From the human T2T-CHM13v2.0 reference genome, Homo sapiens: 64,000 nt of DNA. Shown here one piece after another: positions 33,216 to 45,190 of the stretch. The translations under genes and the position numbers were made by a program. The DNA lies in NCBI RefSeq assembly GCF_009914755.1, contig NC_060925.1; one strand, given 5' to 3'. A model generated the notes under the pieces. The model made no database searches, was not told the origin of the DNA, and was given only the letters and a program-made list of their open reading frames with translations. How positions within the stretch are numbered: the stretch's first letter is position 1; every line of letters starts with the position of its first letter.

Positions 33216-33600
33216 TGTCTTAGTCTGTCTGTGCTGCTATAATGAAATACCTGAGACTCAGTAATTTATAAAGAACAGAAATCTATTTCTCACAGTTCTG
33301 GAGGCTGGGAAACCCAAGATCAAGGTGCCAGCAGATTCAGTGTCTGGTGGGAGGTGCTTTTTGTTTCCAAGATTTTGGAATCTTAGAATCTTGCTGCTGT
33401 GTCTTCACATAGCAGAAAAGATGGAAGGACAAGGGCGCTAGGGCTTTCCCTTCAACTGCTTTTATGAGAGTACTAACCCATGAGGGCAGAGTCCTCAGAA
33501 CTTAATCACTCTCGGAAAGCCCCCACTTCTTAATACTATCACATTGGGTATTAGGTTCCAGCATATGAATTCTGGAGGTACACATATGTTCAAACCACAA
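33216..33600 (-). mobile_element. MaLR solo LTR (MLT1A/MST-like)
   Basis: tgtcttagtctg...ctcacagttctggaggctggga...caaaccaca. Confidence 0.85.
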
Positions 33601-35500
33601 CTTCCTTCAATTCTATCTATGCTTCCCTGTGAAGCAAGGAAGGGCTGGCACTGAAGGTGGTCCTGTCCATGCCAAGGGCAGCCTTCTGCTGCTGGGCCTC
33701 TTCCCGCTGCTTCTCCAGCTGGAGCCAGAGCTTTGGGCACAACCCCAGGCCCTCTAGATGCCCTGGATCTCCAAGTGCCAATGCAGGGCCTCGCTTGCCG
33801 TCACCCCTGACTTGACATGTTCTGCACAAAAAGGCATGTGAGGAGCATCTCTCCCTTCTCCTTTGCATCACAGTAGACACAGGGCCCTGTAGTGCTGCCT
33901 CATGTTTCCCAAGAGTTCTTGCATCGGTCTACAGTCAATTAAGTCTCTAGATGAGGGAGTGATCATTGCTATGCAGAACCGGAACATAAATAAGCTCAGG
34001 GTGCTGCAGTGAATCAGAAAGTGAGGCAGAAACACCTAACCAAAAAAGAGAGGCCATGTACACAAGGTTAGTGATGGGCTCTTATCTACCCCTGGCCTGT
34101 CCTGCTCACCCTGAGGGAGATGAAAGTGAGGATTACCATTAAGCCATGCTGAAGAATATAGGTTAATTTTGTAGTCAGAAAAAAATGGTGACATTTCAAA
34201 CCATCATTGTAATAAAACAATACATTTATTTATTTAATTCAATGCTTATAGTCACATTATACAAATTGCCATCAGGTCACAGGTCTCAATAGTGTGGGTA
34301 CAGTCACTCTCAATGAATCATTTTGCTGTCTCCATAAAGTCACAGGTGAACAAAGGCCTTTAGATAGTGTAGGGAGAGACACCAGATCCAACCGGACACA
34401 ACTAAATGACATGCAACATTTCATTACCCTGAGTGGGCAGGTCAGAAAATTAGCTTTCTATACACAACTCCCTCTTCCCATACCTTCAGAACAGGGCCTC
34501 AGTGGGAAGAGGGGGCAGTTAGCTTTACCCGAGCCTGCCCCAGGTTCCATTTCTGGTATCAAGGACTTTTCAACCCCTCCCTAACTTTCATGTATCTATG
34601 AATAATCACATGCATGTGCACGTGCACACACACACACACACACACACAATTTCACTCTGGCCCAGACAATTTCCAAGGCTGCTGGTCAACCCTGGTGCTG
34701 GTTTCCTGATTAACAGTTGCTCACTCTGGGCTTTACCTTGTAAACCTAAGGAATTGTCTCTGGTTCTGCTCTGCTGCTTTAGGAGGCAGAGAACCTCTGT
34801 GCAAGCTGGAATCTCACCTTTCCAACATCATTTCCAGACAGGATTCACCAAGGACATCTGTGTCCTGTGGGAAGTCCAAATTCCCATTCTGCAGGTATGT
34901 CTAATTTATTTCAGCATGCAGCTGTCCCTTTTCTGTGAAATTTTTCTTTTATTCCATGTGTCTTTCTCTGCCTTGCCCTCTCAGTCTCACCCTTCCTTCA
35001 AACTAAGTTAGGAGAGGGACTCTGCTATTTATGGTTAACCTTACCCTGTGCTTTGTAAGGTATGCTAAAGGATTTTCTCCCCACCCTTGCCAGTGAATTT
35101 TAAAATTAATTTTAAAAGAGAATGCAATTTCTGAGGCTGTCCTTCCTTGAAGGACACTTTTTATTCCCTCAGCAGAATGTGTACTGGGGATTGGGCTATA
35201 GAAAAAAAATCTTCTGTGCCTCTGTTTTATTTTATTCCTGGGGTGGTTTGGAGGATGGGTGATCTGATGACACAACTGACTTCACAAAGTGTCCTCCTTC
35301 TCTGTCGGAGTTCAATTTACAACATAATCGGGCTTGGCAAGGGATATCCTGAAACAGCAGTAACCCTCTCTATACAAAACATCACTTTGCCTCAGGCCAA
35401 GCCTATTCACCTTCATGGTTACTTTTAGACAGTGTCTCGTATCTTGTGTACAACTATAGTACTTGGTCCCCAGTGATTAAAAAGAACTCAGGGTTTGTCT

Positions 35501-35524
35501 ACACACACACACACACACACACAC
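35501..35524. repeat. (AC)12 microsatellite
   Basis: Read directly from the sequence. Confidence 0.95.
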
Positions 35525-36289
35525 TCAGACTCTGGCTGAGAGAAGTGTGCCTTCCAGAAGTGCTCCTTTCATTGCTGCCCAAATCCAAACCTCTTCTTTG
35601 AGAAGGGAAGGGCACAAGAAAGGAGGTACCTGAACCCTTCTCTGAGTCGGGTGCCCGTGGTTTCCTCCACCTTCCTGGTGGAGGCCTAGAGTCGGAGTGG
35701 GAGAGGGAAGTGGTCAGAGAAGAGGAGAGAGCTATGTTGAAAGACAGCTGGGGAGAAAGCAAGCCCTCCACTCCCCTCTGCCCCTTAGTCCATGCTAAAA
35801 CCCCAGAGTACACCAGCAGGAAGTGGAAATGGGCAGTCCTGCTGTTTCCAGGTTCTGGTGGGCACCTTTCCACATCCTAAACCAAAATATGTGACATGGA
35901 CTGTCTGGATTTGTTCTGAAGAGGTGGTAGGTCCATTTGTTCATGGAAATCCTGACAGGGTCAGCTGTGAATCACACTGATGCTGGTGTAGGGTTAACAC
36001 CATGGAGGTTGCAGGGGCCTGTGCTCTTGCTATACTTCCCTCATAGCCCTCTCTGTTATTTACTTAATTTCACATTTGTTAGTCGTGGGTTTGGGTAGGG
36101 CAGGAGAAGCAATCATTTCCATTTACTACCAACCACATAGCACACAAAACCAAATGTAGACCACTCCTTAGTCACCGCCCACTGTTTCTGATGGCACAGG
36201 GACATTCTAGGATGGGGGATGAGATATCCATCATTCAAAATGAGCCCAGAGGGCCACCGCTGGAAATACATGTGGTTGGCTGAATATAA

Positions 36290-36618
<329 letters not shown>

Positions 36619-36914
36619 TAAACTTTAAAAAGAAAAAAAGACTTTAATTAGCTGGAAATCCACTAACCAGCACTCTGACTTAATTAGGACTATAAACTAT
36701 CAGGAAAAGAAACAAATGATAACAAAAAAAGATAAAAATAATAGCTATTTATTGTGTCACTTCCATATGCCAGGAAGTTATTGCGTATACTTTTTACACC
36801 AACCCTGGGGAAACTCTAAATGTCAAAGAGGTTAAGTAAGCTAGCTAAGAGCATACCTCCATTTACAAGTGAGTCAAAACTCAACCTCAGGTTCTATGCT
36901 CTACAGAGCTATTC

Positions 36915-37336
36915 TATACGCCTAAGTTTTGTCGTGTATTGCCATAACAAAATACCTGAGAATGTGTAATTTAAAAAGAAGAGAGGTTTATTTGGCTCAC
37001 ATTTCTGATGGCTGGAAAGTCCAAGAGCATGGCACTGGCATCTGCTCTGCTTTTGGTGAGGGCCACGTGCTGTGTCCCAACAGGGCAGAGAAGCAGAAAG
37101 GCAAGTGGGTGTGTTCAAAGAGGGCAAAACCTGAGAGTCAACCCTGCTTTGTAACAAACCGCGCTAGTGGGAACTAATCCATTCCCAGTAGAACTAACCC
37201 AGTCTTGGAAGAAAGACATTAACCTATCTTAACGACCTAATCACCTTTTAAAGGTGCCATCTCCCAGCACTGCTACATTGGCAATTAGATTTCAGCATGA
37301 GTTTTGTCAGAGACAAACCACATCCAAACCACAGCA
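36915..37336 (-). mobile_element. MST-type MaLR solo LTR
   Basis: gtttatttggctcac...ctaatcaccttttaaagg...ccaaaccacagca. Confidence 0.75.
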
Positions 37337-38027
37337 CTTTATATATCTTGCTTTTTTTGTTGTTTGTTTTGTTTTTTGTCCTGAAGCCCTAAATGTGAAA
37401 TGGGTAAGACTTTTACAGCTACTAGGGTAGTCATTAGCGCTGTTTATCAAATATTTTTGGATTGCCACCTTCTGAACATAGAGAAGGACAATATTTTCCA
37501 GCCCCCTCGTGAGTGGGACACTGTGGCTGATACAGGTCAATATGCTCTGAGTGGAAATAATAGAAGTGATGTGTGTCACTTCTGAACTGGGGCATTTAAT
37601 CATTAACAGGAGACTCTCCAGAGCTGTCTTTCCTTCTGCAAAAAGGCAAGTTCCAGCTCCATCAGCATAGGTCTTGAAGTGAGGATGATTTTGAACCAAG
37701 CCTCAGCTGCCCCATGTATGCTATGTGCCTGAGAGTTGGGGATTATCTGATACTGCAGCATAATCTAGCCTATCCTAACTGATAGGATCACAACCTAAAG
37801 AGTGCAGAAATATATTTTTATTTCCTCGTAACTAACTTAACTCACAAGCCCCCAATTCCACCAATAGTAGAAAATTCAGTGTTGCCCATTCAACTCACTT
37901 TGAGTATAGTTCTCCCCCATTTTTTGAGGAGAGAATACTTAGTCAATTCCAAGTTCCACCCCTTGGAACAAGGCTGGCAGAGTACATCTAAGTTTCAGGT
38001 AATGAAGGAGGTAAAAATAGTAGTTAA

Positions 38028-38335
<308 letters not shown>

Positions 38336-38459
38336 AAGAGCAGTTAAGTGCCCCATAACAAAGAGAGGCACTGGAGGTTACCTTTGTCCCAGGGCTGTCT
38401 TCTCATCTGCAAGCCATCACAGCTACGTGGCTCTTTCCTCTCTACCTTTGTGGTGGATG

Positions 38460-39071
38460 TGTCAGAGGCATGTGAACCAGAGTGACTCCATCTTGAATAG
38501 GGGCTGGGTAAAATAAGGCTTAGACCTGCCAGGCTGCATTCCTAGGAGGTTAGGCATTCTTAGTCACAGGATGAGATAAGAGGTTAGCACAAGGTACAGG
38601 TCACAAAGACGTTGCTGATAGAAGGATGCAGTAGAGAAGGCGGCCAGAAGCTACCAAAACCAAGATGATGATGAAAGTGACCTCTGGTCGTCCTCACTGC
38701 TCATTATATGCTAGTTATAATGCATTAGCATGCTAAAAGACACTCCCACCAGCACCTTGACAGTTAATAAATGCCATGCCAATGCCCAGAAGTTACCCTA
38801 TATGGTCTAAAAAGGGATGGAACCCTCAGTTCCAGGAATTGCCCACCCCTTCCCGGAAACCTCATGAAAAATCCACCCCGTTTAGCATATAATCAAGAAA
38901 TAGCCAACCAGCAGCCCTCAGGGCTGCTCTGCCTATGAATTAGCCATTCTTTTATTCCTTTACTTTCTTAATAAATTTGCTTTCACTTTATGGATTCGCC
39001 TCTAATTCTTTCTTGCGCAAGATCCAAGAACCCTCTCTTGGGGCCTGGATAGAGACCCCTTTCCAGTAACA
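38460..39071 (+). mobile_element. MER41 (MER41B-like) ERV1 solo LTR
   Basis: Begins tgtcagaggcatgtgaaccagagtgactccatcttg, ends tttccagtaaca; 4-bp TSD GATG; internal AATAAA. Confidence 0.9.
38830..38858. promoter_or_regulatory. Tandem GAS (STAT1-type) motifs TTCCAGGAA and TTCCCGGAA within MER41
   Basis: Two TTCN3GAA sites starting 20 bp apart (38830-38838 and 38850-38858). Confidence 0.7.
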
Positions 39072-39388
39072 GATGCCTGCAACACTGCCAAGGCCTCTGA
39101 ACATGAGGCACGCTACTCTGCCCCCTCCTCATCTTAACCCAAGGCCTCTAAAGTTTCTAGCCCTCTCACAATATTTCTCCCTCCCCCACACCAGATCTCT
39201 GGACCTCAAGGCTGCTAGGACACTGTGAGGTAGTCCTCGAGTAACTCACTCAAGCAGCTACAGTGACTATTGTTCTGGCATCATGTGTGCCTCTCTAAGG
39301 GCCTGTCTGCCTAGGCTACACCTTGGGGAGCAAGGCATGAGTGCCCTCTTGCCTCAGGCCCCACTCCCATCAAACCTATCAGAGGTTT

Positions 39389-39901
39389 ATTTTTGTTTGT
39401 TTGTTTGTTTTGTGCCTTTGTCCCAGGTTTATTGAAAATATTACAGTATTGCAGAAAGATTCAAACAGGTCCCCTAGGCGTTTTGAAAGTCATCCGAACT
39501 GTAGGCTGACTGACCTGCAGGTTGGACAGACTGCCAAATGCTGAAGTCCAAAAGCATTTTCTTAGCGTTAGGATGTACTTCAATGATCTCCTGATCCAGG
39601 GCTGAGACCTCGGGAACATAATTGTCTCTTTTTTCTCTCTCTTCCTCCTGCAGCTTGATGGAGATACCTCTTACTGGTATCTTACCCCTCTGAATCCACT
39701 TCACCAGATGCATGACATAGCCTGCTATCTTGTTGTGGAGCTTCTCGCTGGGGATAATGGCGATCTCCTCGCACACGCGCTTATCCGTGTGGAAGTCATT
39801 GCCCAGGCGCGTGTAGTACTTTTCTGTGACGACCTGGGCCGCCTTCTTCACGGTTTGGGTGTGAACGCGGCCCATGTTGGCTGGTCCTTGGTAAAAGAGG
39901 C
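39389..39901 (-). pseudogene. RPS17P6: Processed pseudogene of 40S ribosomal protein S17 (probably RPS17P6)
   Basis: Intronless RPS17-like frame [15 protein letters not shown]... (39875-39474), 5' TOP-like cctcttttacc leader, AATAAA (39428-39433 on - strand), decayed poly-A, 14-bp TSD cctatcagaggttt (39375-39388 / 39902-39915), C-terminal frameshift. The pseudogene number is from recall. Confidence 0.93.
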
Positions 39902-40187
39902 CCTATCAGAGGTTTCTAACACACATTTTCTACACCCCACTGCTGGCATGAAGCCAACAGGGGTAGGGGGAGAGGGATTAGGACTCTGAACATTCTCACA
40001 GGGAAGCTCAAGGTATCTTGCTCTCCTGCTTTCCTTTCCCAACTCTCAGGTCCCTCCCCTTTTGGAATGTAAAACTATCTCTTACAACAGAGCTACTCAA
40101 AGTGCTGGTTGGCAACAAGCTAAGTCTGGTTGGTGTCAGCACATAAATCACCGTATTGCTTCCTTCATCAAGAAAGTCTTGCTACCA

Positions 40188-40190
<3 letters not shown>

Positions 40191-40240
<50 letters not shown>
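40191..40240. repeat. (AC)25 microsatellite
   Basis: Read directly from the sequence. Confidence 0.97.
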
Positions 40241-40243
<3 letters not shown>

Positions 40244-40749
40244 TCAACAACAGTGCCAACTGAACTAAACAGTGTTCATAGTGATAAAGTTGATTTACAT
40301 TCTGGAATAGGCTTCTTATCTCAGTAATAAACAGGTCTCAGGAGGCAGCTGAGTCTTGTACATTCCTACCTATTCTGTGGTTTGTGGATAAATTTTATGC
40401 CCAGCTTCCTTCCGGTTTCAGCTTTTGATGTTCAAAGCCAGCTTTTGGAATTTAAAAAACCTTTCCACTCTCTGGTACCTTGTCTTTCAAGACTATTGTT
40501 TCAGCTATGAGTTTCAAACAACCCCATTCAACAATTCAATTGACTCCTTTGTTCCAGCCTGTATCTGCCCTTGTCCTGAGAATATTTTTTTTAAATCATT
40601 GCTGTGAGACTGGTAAGGAAAAGATAATAATTCTGCCTCTGCGCTGTTCAGCTTTTTAATGTATTTCCTGTCTCCCTGGCTAGAACATCGCATGCTTTTT
40701 AAGGTTGAGTTTTATTTTATAAAGAAGAATTAATTCTCTCAGCATTCAG

Positions 40750-42204
40750 ATTAATCAAAGTTTGCCTAGCTCTTTGTAAAAATGACTTTTTAATTACTAG
40801 TCATTTTGAATCTGCTCCCCTCTAACAGCACACATAATCAAAAAGTCACTCAATTAATGTGATGTTTATTAAGAATGTGTAATGATATGAGTAAATGCTT
40901 CTTATAATATGAACTGAAAAAAGTGGGTTACAATGTTGGGTTGCAGTGTGCATATAACTTTTAAAATAACAACAAAAGGTCTAGGATTAGGAAAAAAACA
41001 ATAGAAATAAATGCATCTGTTTATATTTTTAATTTATATAATATCCTTTAATAGAAAAATAATTTTAATTTTTTAAAAAAGTGACTGCACTTCCCTATTG
41101 ACTTATAACTTGGGAAACACATTAGTCTTGATTACATTTTGCCTTACATTATTCTTTTGTTGGTTTATCTCCCCAGCCTCTGCTTTAAGAATCTTCTCTG
41201 CAGTATTTTAACCTTCAAAAGCAATTGAACTCCTCAGTTGTGGTGCTTTTTTTTTTTCAGACGGAGTCTGTCTGTGTTCCCCAGGCTGGAGTGCAGTGGC
41301 ACGATCTTGGCTCACTAAAACCTCCGCCTCCTGAGTTCAAGTGATTCTCCTGCCTCAGCCTCCTGAGTAGCTGGGATTACAGGCGCCCACCACCACACCT
41401 GGCTGATTTTTGTATTTTTAGCAGAGATAAGGTTTCACCATGTTGGCCAAGGCTGGTCTCAAACTCCTGACCTCAGGTGATCCACCTGCCTCTGTCTCCC
41501 AAAGTGCTGGGATTACAGGTGTGAGCCACCGTGCCCAGCCATGGTGCATTATTATTTTATCAACCCAGTGAAGAGCCCCTCTCTACATTCCTGATCCTCA
41601 TTTCTACCCAACCTCCAGGTCCCCATATGCATTACTTGTCTGGCAATACATGTGCACCCTCCCTCACTGCATATGTATTGCTGATCCATGTGCAAACATG
41701 CTTCCAGTGTGCATGAAGGCTCAGTGCCATCCTATGCCAACCATCTCCTACTTTGCTCATCCAATGCCTTATTTTCAGGATTTTTCCCATCACCAAACCC
41801 TTGTTGTTTCCTATCTCAAAGAATAGTGAGGCATCTCAAACCCCTTACACAGACTGTGAAGTATTTGGAATGAAATTTATGAGTGACCTCCACCCTGAGA
41901 TTACACACTGCTACCAGGCCTGTAGAATGTTTTCTAAAGCTTTATTGCAATATATTTTACATAGTACAAAATTCACCTATTTAAATGGTGCAATTCAGTG
42001 GTTATGTGCACACTGCAACCCCACATTATAACCCACTTTTTAAAGTTCATGTTATAAGAAGCATTTATTCATGTTATTACACATTCTTAATAAACATCAC
42101 ATTAATCTGATGACTTTTTGATTATATGTGTTGTTAGAGGGGAACAGATTCAAAATGGTAATAAAGAGTCATCTTCACAAAGAGCTGGGCACACATTGAT
42201 TAAT
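40750..42204. repeat. Diverged ~205-bp inverted repeat (arms 40750-40958 and 42001-42204)
   Basis: Reverse complement of the right arm aligns end-to-end with the left arm, about 87% by hand count. Confidence 0.92.
41247..41540 (-). mobile_element. AluS
   Basis: Antisense dimer; flanking tggtgc repeat. Confidence 0.93.
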
Positions 42205-42541
42205 ATACTCCAAGGTTGTACAACTATCACCATTAGGTAATTCCAGAATATTTTCATCACCCCCAAAAGGAACTCTAAACCCATCAGCTGTTATTCCCCA
42301 TTTATCTCTCCTCCCAAACCTTGGCAACCACTTTTACTCCCTGTCTCACTGAATTTGCATACTTTGGACATTTCACATACGTGGAATCATACAATATGTT
42401 GTCATTTATAACTAGCTTCTTTCACTTAGCATAAGGTTTTCAAATTTCACCCACAATGTAGTATTTCATTTAGTATTTTATTCCTCTTCCTGTCAGAATA
42501 ATCTTCCATTACATGAATATACCATATTTTGTTTATCCACT
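41935..42541 (-). mobile_element. L1MB/MC-like 3' end interrupted by the inverted duplication
   Basis: caattcagtggtt | atactccaaggttgtacaactatcacc...ttccagaatattttcatcacccc. Confidence 0.75.
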
Positions 42542-42867
42542 GGGCTTGTAGAATTTAAAACAGCATCACTTTTAGTACCTAAAGCATAGTCAATTTCTGT
42601 CACGTAATTAAGATAATTATGTCTTTTTAAAAATAATAATAATTTAGGTATCTTAGCAAATGAAGAGAAAAAGGAAGAGAAGATATTTAGGAAAAACATA
42701 GGAAATTTCTATATTTTTCTATTCTTTCAGAAAAACAGAATTCTATGCAAGCTAGAAATGTTTTCTCACTTTTTCCCTGTGCCTACACATCTCTATACAC
42801 CTTCCTAATCCTGAAAACCCAGAACACAGCTTTATGCTGGCTTGGTACTGAATACCCAGTAAGTGTT

Positions 42868-43892
42868 GAATAGGAAGGAAGAAAAGAAGGAAGGAAGGAG
42901 ATTTTAAAAAGAATGGATATTATTTAAAAAAGGAAACACTTGGAAAAAATTATTTCCACCTTGCTCTTTCTTCTCCCCGAAGCCTCCCCCAATCTCCACC
43001 TTGCTAGTCTTCCTTTTTGCGATGCAAATGGTTGAGCAGACAGTAGTGGGGAGAGCTGCAGGAGAGGTCAGCGGTTAAGCTTAATTACAAGTAAATACAA
43101 TTTCTCTGGGGTTGCTGTGGAAAGGAGAGCAGATAAGATCAGCGAAAAGTACTTGGAGGGCCTTGGAAGACAGCCCCTCTGCAAATATAGGATTGGCTTT
43201 TATTGTTGTTGCTGCTAATAAAACAGATGTTCTCAAAGCATTCCTCCAACCAGTGAGAGGGCTGGGGAAATCGCTATGTCTTTACTGGTTGCTGAAACCA
43301 AATAAAAATCAAATTAAAGTTTAATTCACCTCATAATTTTCTTCATGGCAGGTCTGCTCAGCAGCCTTGAGGCAGCGCCAATGTCCTCCTCCACTGTGGC
43401 GTACATCACCCTCAGCCCGGGGACCCCAGAGGTCAGCTGCACATTTCCCTCGTGGGTGTTTGCAGCTGAAGAAAAGGCCCAGGCTAAGACGAAAGGGTGT
43501 TGGGAGCTGCTGGAAGATACCAGAAAGGCCTTCCCTCCTCTTCCCGTCTCCAGGGTCTCCATGGCAACGGGGGGAAAGCTGCTAGGTATTCCAGCTATGT
43601 GACCCGGGCCATGTATATTACCCAGCCTCCTGAGGGGTGCCAGACCATAAACACTGAGCCGCCTGCAACCACAGATGTCATGCTCCCTCCTATGCTCCTC
43701 ATACCCAGGACAGTGTCTGTGATAAGGAGGGCTCGAGTAACATTTCATGCACCCATGCAATAAAGTTTCCTATTCAGTTAATATGAGTGAGGGAATGAAC
43801 AAATGAAATAATTTTTTCCAAGTGTTTCCTTTTTAAATAATATCCATTCTTTTTAAAATCTCCTTCCTTCCTTCTTTTCTTCCTTCCTATTC
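42868..43892. repeat. Near-perfect inverted repeat (arms 42868-42956 and 43805-43892) around an 848-bp spacer
   Basis: Arms are identical except A6 versus A5 in one homopolymer. Confidence 0.97.
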
Positions 43893-44544
43893 TTTGACAC
43901 ACAAATAATGTAAAACTTCCCAGGGCACTGTTCCAACTCTAACAGATGATTCCCCACGTGCTAGGAGTTAACAGCTTGCTACTGACTGTAAACTCAGAGT
44001 TGGGTTTTGCAGTTTTTAGATATATTGAGTGCTCTACAGATGCAAAGCAGTGACCTCCTCATCTAAATCAGACAAATGCAAAGATAAGGAGAAGATCATG
44101 AGGAAGCCAAGAGGTGGACAAACACAAACGCCCAGAAGAGTCTTCCAGGTCAAGAACTGTCTGGAGAAAAGCCATTGCAGTGACATGAGAATGTCAGAAG
44201 TAAAACCGAGGTAGGACCACACATTCTCTTTTGAAATTAGCCCCTGCTCATCCATTCATTTAACATTTCAGTGCCTACGAAGTGGACAAGACCATGTGGA
44301 GATGAATGAGACCACAAGCCCCTCATGAGACTGTGAGGGGCCTGCAGACTAGTAGGGGAGGCTGATGTGGAAATGAATTGTTACCTTACAAAGTGGCAAA
44401 GGCTGCAGGACTTAACGTCCAGGTGGTGCTGGGAGATGCTCCCCAGAGGAAGCAATGGGGAGATTCCTAGCAGGAATGACCTGACTCAGTCTGGGTCTTA
44501 TAGAGTAGAGTCAACATCAGAAGGGGAAGTTCAGGATATAAGAA

Positions 44545-45190
44545 TGTAGCCACCCAATGTAACCTTGCCTGCTGCCTAGGCAGAGCCAATTTATCAAGAC
44601 AGGGGAATTGCAATAGAGAAAAAGTAATTCATACAGAGCCAGCTGTGCAGGAGACCTGAGTTTTGTTATTACTCAAATCAGTCTCCCCCAGCATTCTAGG
44701 ATCAGAGTTTTTAAGGACAACTTGGTGGGCAGGGGGAAGCCATTGAGCCAGGAATGCTGATTGGTCAGGTCAGAGATGAAATCTTAGGAAGTTGAAGCTG
44801 TCTTCTTGCACTGAGTCAGCTCCTGGGTGGGGCCACAGGATCAGATGAGCCAGTTTATTGATCTGGGTGGTATCAGCTGATCCATCCAGTGCAGCATCTG
44901 CAAAATATCTCAAGCACTGATCTTAGGAGCAGTTTAGGTTGGGTCAGAATCTTGTAGTGTCCAGCTGCATGACTCCTAAACCATAATTTCTAATCTTGTG
45001 GCTAATGTTAGTCCTACAAAGGCGTCTTGTTTGGGGAAAGGGCTGTTATCGTCTTTGTTTTAAACTATAAACTAAGTTCCTCCTACGCCCAGGAATGAAT
45101 AAGGACAGCTTGGAGGTTAAAAGCAAAATGGAGTCAGTTACGTTAGATCTCTTTCACTGTCTCAGTCATAATTTTGCAAAGGCAGTTTCA
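44545..45190 (-). mobile_element. LTR8-like ERV1 solo LTR
   Basis: Minus strand begins tgaaactgcctttgcaaaattatgactgagacagtgaaagagatctaac. Confidence 0.85.

Noticed and set aside
43326-43763. 144-aa ORF and overlapping ORFs inside the inverted-repeat spacer, considered as transposase or cargo
   Set aside because: No domain resemblance, non-ATG start, no TSD outside the arms; not a recognisable transposon
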